Shown here: one piece after another, positions 53,169 through 64,000 of the stretch
Layout: each line of letters starts with the position of its first letter
Numbering within the stretch: the stretch's first letter is position 1
NCBI GenBank assembly: GCA_951406725.2
Contig: OX597821.1
Span: 23,560,001-23,624,000, forward strand
Origin: Octopus vulgaris
Taxonomy: Eukaryota
Length of the DNA: 64,000 nucleotides
Reading direction: 5' to 3'
Position numbers and translations under genes: made by a program
The notes under the pieces: model-generated
What the model was told of the DNA's origin: nothing
The model's database searches: none
What the model saw: only the letters and a program-made list of their open reading frames with translations

Positions 53169-53917
53169 AATATATGCACGAAATAAACATTTAAAAACAT
53201 GAAAAAAAAAAAAAGACATTCCTTGAATATATGTATGTACCATTTCATGACTCTCTGGCGAACGATTAAAATATTCAATTCGTGCATATATTCACCTGAA
53301 ACAGCTGTAGTGAATGAACTACTATCCGTCTGCTGTTATTTGTTTATTATTCACCTTCCTCGGACCTGCAATTAGCGTGAACCTGGAGTCTGCTGAGTGC
53401 AGTACAATTGTTGCATTTATCTGTCGATATTTATATATTTTTTTTTTACTTGTTTCAGTCTTTGGAATGCATCCATGCTACGGCATCGTCTCGAAGGGTA
53501 CTATTTCTGAGTCATGCTTTCATCTCTTCTGCCGAACAACAAAGTTACGGTGTTAAAAACAAACAAACACTGGCTGTCAAGTGGTGATGGAAACAAACAC
53601 ACATAAACCACACACACACACACACACACACGCGCGCGCGCGCACACACACACACACGCGCGCGCACACACATCATGTTGCTGTTAAACTGGGCAGATAC
53701 ATTGCTTTAACGACGATGGAGTAGCTATAGTTCATCCAACGAGCTTCTTAACATTACTACAACCCAAGAACGTACCTGCTACATTATTTTATTCGATTCT
53801 GAAAGGATAAAAGCAATGTTAACCTCAGCGGTATTTGAACTCAAAAAGTAAAGAACCGGAAGAAACGTTATTAAGCATTTTGTCCGGTTCGCTAACAATT
53901 CAACAAGCTTGCCGCCT

Positions 53918-54372
53918 TTACTCTTTTACTCTTTTACTTGTTTCCTTCATTTGACAGCGGCCATGCTGGAGCATCGCCTTTAGTCGAGCAAATCGACCCC
54001 AGGACTTATTCTTTGGAAGCCTAATACTTATTCTATCGGTATCTTTTGCCGAACCGCTAGGTTACGGGAAGTAAACACACCACCATCGGTTGTCAAGCGA
54101 TGTTGGGGGACAAACATAGGCAAACACACACACGCACACACACACACACACAAACATACACACAGACACACAAACATATACACACACACATATATACATA
54201 TATACATATATACGACGGACGTCTTTCAGTTTCCGTCTACCAAATCCACTCACAAGGCTTTGGTCGGCCCGAGGCTATAGAAGAAGACACTTGCCCAAGG
54301 TGGCACGCATTGGGAATGAACCCGGAACCATGTGACTGGTAAGCAAGCTACTTACTACACAGCCACTCCTAC
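53918..54372 (-). mobile_element. SINE family B, full-length
   Basis: Reverse complement consensus match; flanked by diverged family A pieces. Confidence 0.88.
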
Positions 54373-54620
54373 CCCTACTTTGATAATTTTTTCTAATTTT
54401 AGCACAAGGCCAGCAATTGAAGAGGAAAGGGAGGCAGTCAATGACTTCGACTCCAATATTTGACTGGTTCTTTATTTTATCGTCTCCGAAGCGGAGAGGA
54501 TGAAAGGCAAAGTTGAGCTCGGCGATATTTGAACTAATGTCGCAAAGAGCAGGACAAAATACCGCTAAGCATTCCCGTACGGTGAGTCTATATATTAGTT
54601 AATTAGTTATATTAGTTTGA

Positions 54621-54853
54621 GGGCGGCGAGCTGGCAGAAATGTTAGCACGCCGGGCGAAATGTGTAGCCGTATTTCGTCTGCCGTTAAGTGTTCTGGGTT
54701 CAAATTCCGCCGAGGTCGACTTTGCCATCCATCCTTTCGGGGTCGATAAACTAAGTACCAGTTGCGCACTGGGGTCGATGTAATCGACTTAATTCCTTTG
54801 TTTGTCCTTGTTTGTCCCCTCTGTGTTTAGCCCCTTGTGGGTAGTAAAGAAAT
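54621..54853 (+). mobile_element. SINE family A, full-length
   Basis: Consensus match; flanked by tatattagtt on both sides (possible TSD). Confidence 0.9.
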
Positions 54854-55139
54854 ATATATTAGTTAAAAACCAGGACTGAGATTCACAGATATTGAAAAAC
54901 AAAAACTAAAGACTGAAAATGTTTACAACTTCGAAAAACATCAGCAAGACTCTATTGTGGTTGGTTGGCATATATTTGCAGCCAATCACAAGAGAGCACA
55001 CAACAGCTTTTCTTCAAACACTAATTAATCACAAAACAACAGCCTGCCACTTATTTATGATAGTCTTAAGTTGTAAAAGTTTGTAGCAGACACACGACCT
55101 GATTAATTGAGAGACCAATTTATGACTGCGTGCGTGCGT

Positions 55140-55170
<31 letters not shown>

Positions 55171-55731
55171 TGTGTGTGTGCATGTGCGTGTGCGCGCGCA
55201 ACCGCGGGTGTGCGTTTGTTTGAATTTGTGTGTGTGTGTACGTACATACATACATACTTAAATGCATACAAATATGTATATACAAATACATCTCCAAAAT
55301 TTAATATATTATACATATATCTATATAATGTAAAATATGATATATCTATAAAATATTTATGAAAGCCTAGTACTTATATCGGTCTCTTAGGTGGAACCAC
55401 TGAGTTACAGGAACGTAAACACACCAACATTGGTTGTCAAGCGATGGTGGTGGGACAAACTCAGTCACAGATACATACAAACGTACATATGATCTATCTA
55501 TCTATCCACACACACACACACACACACTCACACACATACGCACATATAATATGAGCACACACACACACACACATTGTTGACATCATAAGAATTATATAAA
55601 CTTACGAGGGAAGGTGAATCCGTCGGGCGGGCACCCTTCGACTTTTCTATTCAAAACAGGCTTTGCAGCACAATATTTGCATGCTATTATTTGCAGATTT
55701 ATACGTGTGGGTTTCGAGAAATTCCATATAA

Positions 55732-55776
<45 letters not shown>

Positions 55777-55908
55777 CGTATTTGAAGAATAAGTCCTGGG
55801 GTCGATTTGCTCGACTAAAGGCGGTGCTCCAGCATGGCCGCAGTCAAATGACTGAAACAAGTAAACGAGTAAAAGAGTAAAGAGTATGTGTGTATGTATG
55901 TATGTATG

Positions 55909-55951
<43 letters not shown>

Positions 55952-55966
55952 ATATATGTATGTATA

Positions 55967-56030
<64 letters not shown>

Positions 56031-56034
<4 letters not shown>

Positions 56035-57006
56035 CAAAATGGGCCAAGAACGTAAAACATTCAAGTAGACGATACAAAAAACACGGACGGGTCATTCGAA
56101 GCCTCTAATCTTCAGTCAAGAACCGGATCATCCTCGCAATTTCGGCTGATTAATCTTGAGATTGCTCCGATCTGGCCAGCCCCAAGGAAAAACTAAGCTA
56201 CGAGCATTAGGTTTCTTGGAAGAAGGATCGAATGTATACGAAACAAGGACAAAAAACCGGACGATGTTACACGAATATAAATACAAAAAACAAAAAAATA
56301 ATACGAATATAAATACAAAAAGCAATAATAATAATATTAACAGGACAAAACAACAGGCGTCTTTCGACTTTAGACGAGTGAACTTAGCTGGCGTATTTGA
56401 AAAATAATGCCTTACGGCAGACGAAGAATGTGATGTTGTCGTGCCGCTGGTCCAAAGCGGAATGGCTATAGCTGGCCAGCGGTCACGTGAGAAGAGAAGA
56501 GAGAGAAAAATAGGGGCAAAGGAATTAAAGAGAGTGAGAAGAGAGAGAAAAAGAGGAACAAAGGTATTAAGGAGGGGGAGAAGAGAGAGAAAAAGTAATT
56601 AAGGAGGGGGAGAAGAAAGAGAGCGTGCCAAGGATTGGCGGGACAAAGAAAGACAGGGTCAGTGAATTGCAAAGTAAGAAAGGCAGAGAATTGTGAGAGA
56701 GTGGGGAAAGAGGAGACCGAAGAATCAAGGAGGCGAGAAAAGAGAAAGACAGAGACAGTGAAGTACAAAGTAAGAAAGACACAGAAAGTGTGTGTAGAAG
56801 TCGTACAAAGTTTAGTGGAATGTTTACATACATATGAGAGAATAAGGTGTACGTACGTCGCAATAATATATATATATAAAAATACAAAATAGGACAAGAA
56901 CGCAAAACATTCAAATAGACGATACAAAAAACACGGACGGGTCATTCGAAGTCTCTAATCTTCAGTCAAGAACCGGATCATCCTCGCAATTTCGGCTGAT
57001 TAATCT
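56031..57006 (-). mobile_element. Non-coding element with 126-bp direct terminal repeats, in (TA)n
   Basis: 56031-56156 is repeated at 56881-57006 (period 850, a few substitutions); CT-rich minus-strand interior. Strand assignment is by analogy to the PLE 3' region. Confidence 0.65.
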
Positions 57007-57079
<73 letters not shown>

Positions 57080-57420
57080 TGTATGTATGTATGTATGTAT
57101 GTATGTATGTATGTATTTTTTTATTTTATCTAGTTTCAGCTCACGAGCTGTGGCCATGCTGGGGCACCGCCATTAGTATGTATATATTCTTTTATTCTTT
57201 TATTCTTTTACTTGTTTCAGTCATTTGACTGCGGCCATGCTGAGCTCCACCTTAAGTCGAACAAATCGACCCCATGTCTTGTTGTTTGTAAGCCTAGTAC
57301 TTATTCTATTGGTCCCTTTTTGCCGAACCGTTGGTTACAGATACGTAAACATACCAACATCGGTTGTCAAGCGATGGTGGTTAGGGGGACAAACACAGAC
57401 ATACATACATACATATATGT

Positions 57421-60400
57421 CAGGTCACATGAGAAGCTGGTTGAACTTGGTGACTTTAATGCACGTTTTGGTAGAGCAGTGGTTTTCAACCAGGGTTCCG
57501 TGGAACCTTAGGGTTCCGCCAGTACAGTCCAGGGGTTCCGCAAGAAGTTACAAAACTGCTAAAATCGACAGTAATTTTTAATTTTCCTATGCAGATGTGT
57601 GTGCATGAGACTATTAAATCATTGCACAGGGGTTCCTCGAGCCAGTGGAATGTTTCCTTGGGGTTCCACTTCAGCAAAAAGTTTGAAAAGCACTGTGGTA
57701 GAGACTATGGTGCTTGGAATGTACTTGGGCGTTACGGAATAGGAAAGGTGAACAACAATGGGTTGCATTTACTACAAATGTGCTCTGAGCTAGCGCTGGT
57801 TGTTGGGATGACTTTCATTCACCATAAGATGAAACATAAAATTACCTGATACACCCAAGATCAAAGTGAGGTCACATGATTGAATCATGATTGACTTTGT
57901 ATTAACTCGGAAAGCTGACTTACAAGATTTGTGCAGTCTCAGAGAATTACGAGGTGCTGACTGTGATACTGATCGCAAAATGGTTAGGGCCAAGTTCAAG
58001 TTCAGGGTCCGCAAGAAAATTCGTAGTGCAGGTGTACGAGTACCAAAGAAAAATGATGCAGAGCAACTAAAACAGTTGAGGTTATTTCAGAAGAGATGCG
58101 GCGATGTTCATTTTGAAAGTTCATGGCAATCTTTCCGGGATGGAATATATAAAATGGGATCAGAGGTGTTAGGTTTGAAGAGGAGACAGCACCGAGACAG
58201 GTTTGATTCCAATGATATGATGATAAATGAACTTTCAGCAACAAAGAGATCCACTCGTGATAAGTTTCTTGAGCCAAACGTTAAGAACAAAGTGCGACTA
58301 GAAAAGTTGTACATGTCTCAGAAAGCAGACTTGCAAAAAGAACTCAGGAGGCTTAGAGACACTTGGTGGAGAATTTTGTCTGAGGAAGAACAGGCAACCT
58401 ATGACCGGAAAGACATTAAAAGTTTCTATAGTTTATTGAGCCAAGCTTTTGGACTGCAATCTTCATCATCATATGTTCCCTTGAAGTCGAAAGATAGAAA
58501 TGAGGTTTATTAAAGATCCTCCTGGAATAATGAATAGATGGAGAGAACACTTTGCAGATCTTTTCCACAATCCATCTGTAGTGAACATGGATATCGTAAA
58601 CAACATTCCACAAAGAGAGATACTGCAACAGTTTCCATTGAAAAAGTAAATCTGTCATTATGTAAACTGAGTTCAGGTAAAGCTCCTGGATTGAATGATA
58701 TTCCAGTTGAAATTCTGAAAGCAGGTGGGGATGATATTTCATCTGAAATTCGTGGCCTGAGTTTGGAATGAATCTTCTGTGTCACAAGAATGGATAAATG
58801 GCATTCTAATGTCTGTATACAAGGGTAAGGGCCCGAAAGCAGTGTGTGGTAATTCTAGAGGTATAACTCTCCTGACACATACGGGAAAATACTTTCAAGG
58901 ATATCGTCTCGTTGAGAATGTGTGCCTACATATGATTCCTGAAGAACATATGAGCGAGGAACAATGGACATGACACTTTCTGTAAGGCAGGTTCAAGAGA
59001 AATGCTTTTGTGTAAACTTGGTTGTCCAACACATTTTGTGAACATTTTTAAAGAACTACACAGAAACATGAAAGCTCAAGTAGTCCTTAATGGTGAGCCA
59101 TCTCATGAATTTTCGGTGGACAACGGTGTCAAGCAGGGAGATATTCTTGCCCCTACATTTTTCTCTATTTATTTTGATGCATTGCTTTGGTATGCTTTTA
59201 AGGATTGCAACAAGGGAATCGGAATATGATTTCGGACATCTGGTCATATTTTTAATTTGACCCAGTTTAACTGCAAAGCAAAGACTTTCAAAATGCTTGT
59301 TAGGGAATTACTTTATGCTGATGATGGTGATTTGTTGGTACACTCAGAGGGGGATACGCAACATTTAATGGACAGATTTCCCACTGCATGTGTACAGTTT
59401 GGAGAAAAACAAAGTAACGTTTACTCCTGTGCCAGGACAAACATATTCTGAACCAAACATTTTTGTGAATGGAACAAGGCTAGAAGTCGTCGACACCTTT
59501 GTTTACCTTGGAGGCACACTGTCAAGAGATGGTGGTCTTGATGCAGAGATATACTATCGAATAGGGAAGGGAAGTGTTGCATTTTGAAAACTCGAAAATC
59601 GAGTATGGGTGGATAGATATTTCGCTCCAGACAAAAATCAGTGTCTATAAAGCGTGTGTATTGTCTGCACTTCTTTTTACAAGCATCATATAAAAATGCT
59701 GGAGTGATTTCATCAAAAGTGCCTCAGACATATCTTAGGAGCCAAGTGGGAATATTTCATACCAGATACAGAAGTTTTGCGCATGCCACGTTGCAGGTCA
59801 ATTGAACAAAATGTTATCTTGGCTAAAATGAGATGGACTGGACATGTTATTAGAATGAAAGACGAGCATTTACCAAAGCGTCTTTTTTATGGTGAGCTCA
59901 ACTCTGGTAAGCGGCCACAACATAAGTCGAGGAAAAGGTATAAAGACTGTGTGAAAGAAAACCTGAAGAAACTAGATATGAACAAGAGTGATTGAGAAAA
60001 TGATGTTCTTGATCGGAACAAGTGGAGAGGTGCTGTTAGGACTGGTTGCAATGTCTGGGAGGAAAAGATGATTCAGCACTCTGAGCTTAAAAGGGACTGT
60101 CGCAAAGGAACAATTGGAACTGTAATCAACAGTGAACATTGGATATGCATTATATGTGATCGTGTTCTGTTGTCAAAAGCAGGATATGTGAATCATATGA
60201 AGTCACATGAAAATCGTAATGCCTGATAGGTAATTTTCTTGGACACCAACCACCTCTTATGACTTGTATCATATGTCATAAAACTTGTAAGACAATATCT
60301 GGGCTTAAAAGACATATGCTAGTTCACAAAAAACATTCCTTCAGAATCAGATTCCAAAGAGCAAATATATAGAAGAAACTTGAATAATATTTGTCATTTA

Positions 60401-60530
60401 TGTTTTAAACCCTGCTAGTGAGAAGCTGGTCTTAAAAGTCATCTAAGGGCTCATCAACGGAGTGATTGTGCTGTGTGATGGTGTGTGTGTGTTGATGGGA
60501 CGACTATCATTTGTCAAGATGAAGCAATCG
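57421..60530 (+). mobile_element. Decayed RTE-clade LINE (APE endonuclease, RT, three C2H2 zinc fingers)
   Basis: LGDFNAR, NNNGLHLL, IDFVLTRK..GADCDTD (APE); GKAPGLNDIPVEILK, RGITLL, GVKQGDILAP, LLYADD, FVYLG, RWTGHVIRM..LPKRLFYGEL (RT). C2H2 at 60146-60208, 60265-60327 and 60392-60454. Many stops and an internal RT deletion near 59005. Confidence 0.9.
57477..57695. mobile_element. hAT MITE inserted in the LINE endonuclease
   Basis: TIR cagtggttttcaa / ttgaaaagcactg; perfect 8-bp TSD tggtagag (57469-57476, 57696-57703); internal gggttcc repeats. Confidence 0.9.
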
Positions 60531-60532
60531 AC

Positions 60533-60691
60533 AGGCTTCTTTCAGTTTCCGTCTATCAAATCTACGCACAAGGATTTGGTCGGCCCGAGGCTATAGTAGA
60601 AGACACTTACCCAAGGTACCACACAGTGGGACTGAACCTGGAACATGTGGTTGGGAAGTAAGCTTTTTACCACATAGCCACTCCTGCGCCT
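60533..60691 (-). mobile_element. SINE family B 5' half
   Basis: ggcttctttcagtttccgtct...agccactcctgcgcct. Confidence 0.8.
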
Positions 60692-61202
60692 TCCACACAG
60701 CTACTCAATGATATGTAAATGTAAAATCCAAGGACCCAGAAGTAAGACGCTAGTAAGGATCGAGCAACCCGTACGAATATCCTGCAAGCTAACTTGGGTT
60801 CCCTTGATTTCAATATAACCTTCACTTAACTAAGGTATCTTCGGAATAGCCCTCGTTGACTAATTATTACTTCCGAGATTCTGGTGGTTAGGAAACATAT
60901 GTAGCCTGTATTTTACCTCCTCCATTCCTGCAATTTCGACGGACATACACATACACACACACACAAAATCACCAGTTTGTACTGCTTCATGATTCCCTGA
61001 CCATTAATAGTCAAAAGGGACACAAACAGGAGATTTTTTAAATGTTTTTTTAATATACATATATTTATATTTTTCCATGTTTCACTCATTAGACTGCGGC
61101 CATGCTGGGGCACTCCCTTGGGGAATTTTTAATCGAATAAATCGACCCCAGGCTTATTATTTTTTTCTTTTTTGTAAGCCTGATACCTATTCTGTTGGTG
61201 TC

Positions 61203-62043
61203 TTTTGCCGGAACGCTTAGTACAGGAGCGGGTGCATGAAAACACCAAACAATGTTGTCAAGCGGTGGTAGTGGTGGTGGTAGGGGTGGGGGACAAACAC
61301 AATCAAACACACACGCATGCACGCACACACAGACACACGCGTGGCCCTCCACCCATGTGTCTGTCTGTAACATTCTGCAAAACATCCGCCACCGGCCTCT
61401 TTGATGTTATCGCTATATCTGGTTTTAGGTCTCTTCCTCTTGTTCATTTGTCATATGCCGCACCTGTTAACAGCAACTCGTCTCGATCTTGTCTTCTAAG
61501 TGTATTGACCGGTAAAGATCCATTTTCGTATGATAGTATTTAACAGCATTTCTTGGTACTTTATCTTGTGAAGGACTCACTCATTATTTCTTTTATTTGT
61601 CCCGCTTATTTTGAGAATGCGTCTAAAACACCATTGTTCAAATGTTTTAATTTTGCCTTTTATCAATTTTCTTTATAATCCAGCATCAGCTCCATAGGTG
61701 ACTATGCAAAACATTAATGAATTGATGAGTCATTTTTTTCTTTGTCCGCAAGGAGATGGCCTTATTCTTCCATATACTATTCAGTCATATCATAGCATTC
61801 TTGGCTATGCTGAGTCTTCACTTCATTTCACGGGTGTCATTGTTGTCATTGGTTATAAGAGTACCAAAGTACACAAAATTCTATTACGTAAAATCTCACG
61901 TGATCACCTACCCGACCAGGCTTTCAGATACTGTTACACATCGCTGGTCCCAATGCGCTTTTGCAGTGACGCCACCCCGCTAGCTAAACGAGCAGGCCAA
62001 CATCCTGGGAGTGAGCTTTTTTCGGATATGTGAACTATAAACG

Positions 62044-62094
<51 letters not shown>

Positions 62095-63026
62095 GGCACG
62101 TGGCCTAGAAGTTAGGCTGTTGCACTCATGATCGCTAAATCGTGAGTTCGGTTCCCTGAGGAGGCGACGCGTTGTGTTTTTGAGCAAGACACTTCATTTC
62201 ACGTTGCTCCGACTCAATTTCGATCAGGGGAGGATGTTGGCCTGCTCGTTTAGCTAGCGGGGTGGCGTCACTGCAAAAGCGCATTGGGACCAGCGATGTG
62301 TAACAGTATCTGAAAGCCTGGTCGGGCAGGTGATCACGTGACATATTACGTAATAGAATTTTGTGTACTTTGGTACTCTTATAACCAATGACAACAATGA
62401 CACCCGTGAAATGAAGTGAAGACTCAGCATAGCCAAGAATGCTATGATATGACTGAATAGTATATGGAAGAATAAGGCCATCTCCTTGCGGACAAAGAAA
62501 AAATGACTCATCAATTCATTAATGTTTTGCATAGTCACCTATGGAGCTGATGCTGGATTATAAAGAAAATTGATAAAAGGCAAAATCAAAACATTTGAAC
62601 AATGGTGTTTTAGACGCATTCTCAAAATAAGCGGGACAAATAAAAGAAATAATGAGTGGGTCCTTCACAAGATAAAGTAGCAAGAAATGCTGTTAAATAC
62701 TATCATACGAAAATGGATCTTTACCGGTCAATACACTTAGAAGACAAGATCGAGACGAGTTGCTGTTAACAGGTGCGGCATATGACAAATGAACAAGAGG
62801 AAGAGACCTAAAACCAGATATAGCGATAACATCAAAGAGACCGGTGGCGGATGTTTTGCAGAACTTTACAGACAGACACATGGGTGGAAGGTCACGCGTG
62901 TGTCTGTGTGTGCGTGCATGCGTGTGTGTTTGTGTTTGTGCCCCACCCCCACCACCACCACTACCACCGCTTGACAACATTGGTGTTTTCATGCAGCCCC
63001 TCCCGTAACTAAGCGTTCCGGCAAAA
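61203..63026. repeat. ~800-bp inverted duplication with 224-bp spacer
   Basis: 61203-62006 is the reverse complement of 62231-63026 with scattered substitutions. Arms contain SINE B, RTE 3' (GRPKTRYSDNIKE-like) and V-like SINE pieces. Confidence 0.9.
62092..62345 (+). mobile_element. tRNA-derived SINE (same family as 42480-42750)
   Basis: Head tggcctagaagttagg...gagttcggttccc; body gttggcctgctcg..tagc. Confidence 0.65.
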
Positions 63027-63314
63027 TACGCAACAAAAAAATATTACTGCATTATAGCAGTAATATTTTTTGTTGGGAGAGAGTTAAAAGTTATGGCTAG
63101 CCATAGAGCAACGGCCAGTCGGACAATTATTTTTTGTTCAGAAACCAGCTCAATGTTATGTACTGTATGTCTTTCCTCAGTTCTAGATAGGTTATGCGCA
63201 TTCGGCCATTTGAGTGTCACTAGTCACCTATACTACTAAGCGCTTTATAGGTGCGAAACTAATGGCCATAACCTTTAACTTCCTAATATACATGTGCGAG
63301 TGTGCATATATATA

Positions 63315-63560
63315 TCTTTATATATATATAAAACTGAGAATGTGTGTCTGTCTGTGTTTCCCTAAAACTTGAGAACTACACGACCAATTTCATTCAAATT
63401 TTACACATGCCTTACTTAGGGTCCGGGGAGTGTCATCGGCAAAAAAATGTTCGACTTCTTGCCTAGGGCGAACCCATAGCAATATCATATCTTCTCCACT
63501 ATTTCAGTATTACTTGTTAAAAGTGAAACACAAACATTTCTCTATTTTATGTCAGATACT
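63315..63560 (+). mobile_element. Probable non-autonomous Helitron 5' end
   Basis: A|TC..tatatataaa..aatgtgtgtctgtctg start resembles 2946; the 3' end was not identified, so the end coordinate is approximate. Confidence 0.45.
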
Positions 63561-64000
63561 TTCACTTTAACAATAAAAATTAGAGATAATAATAACAATT
63601 GAATTATATGTGGCAAGTAATAATTAAAATTAAACTAAAGTATAATATAATCGTAACATAACAAAAGTAAAAATAGCAATTGGTTTAAAATTGCATCAAT
63701 GACTTGAACTTGAGTAAGTGGTTTCACATGAATGGGAATAAATTAAAAATAAAATTAGCGCGCAGAATGGAATAGTCCAGATGGAGCTGTGCACATACCG
63801 TTTACTACGGCTTTTACATTAGATTATCTGCTAATTAGCTAGCATTAAGTATCTATATGAAGTTTGGCTGTATGTAATGTCTGTTTTCTCGAACAGCCGC
63901 TTCTACTGAGTACTGCTGTTGGTTTATTCAACTGCGTACTGCTTTTTGATTCACCGTAAGGTTTGTTGTTATTATTATTACTGTTTAACTATTGTTATCA

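Overview
Eukaryotic, AT-rich and repeat-saturated intergenic or intronic DNA. It is most likely an octopus or other cephalopod; this is inferred from the dense (TA)n/(CA)n/(TATC)n/(TATG)n microsatellites and the tRNA-derived SINE families. No host protein-coding gene can be supported, and almost all ORF-track entries are microsatellite or SINE artefacts. Recognisable content: three or more SINE families (about 30 copies or fragments); a 5'-truncated Tx1/L1-clade LINE inside (TATC)n (29218-31824); a Penelope-like element (PLE; RT + GIY-YIG) with a ~1.36-kb inverted 3' copy (39049-42396); a decayed RTE LINE with three C-terminal C2H2 fingers (57421-60530); mariner, hAT and Helitron non-autonomous elements; and many fold-back inverted duplications. 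The most interesting signal is a set of type I hammerhead-ribozyme (HHR) motifs with palindromic helix III and non-canonical cores, mostly in elements sitting in (TA)n tracts. These include a near-identical 359-bp tandem unit with one HHR per monomer (23721-24723, retrozyme-like), a U3-A8 covariant HHR at both PLE ends, and further HHR motifs at 32137, 34952 and 53079. Together they suggest a PLE-driven family of small self-cleaving retroelements. All structures were read by eye; no folding or database search was run.
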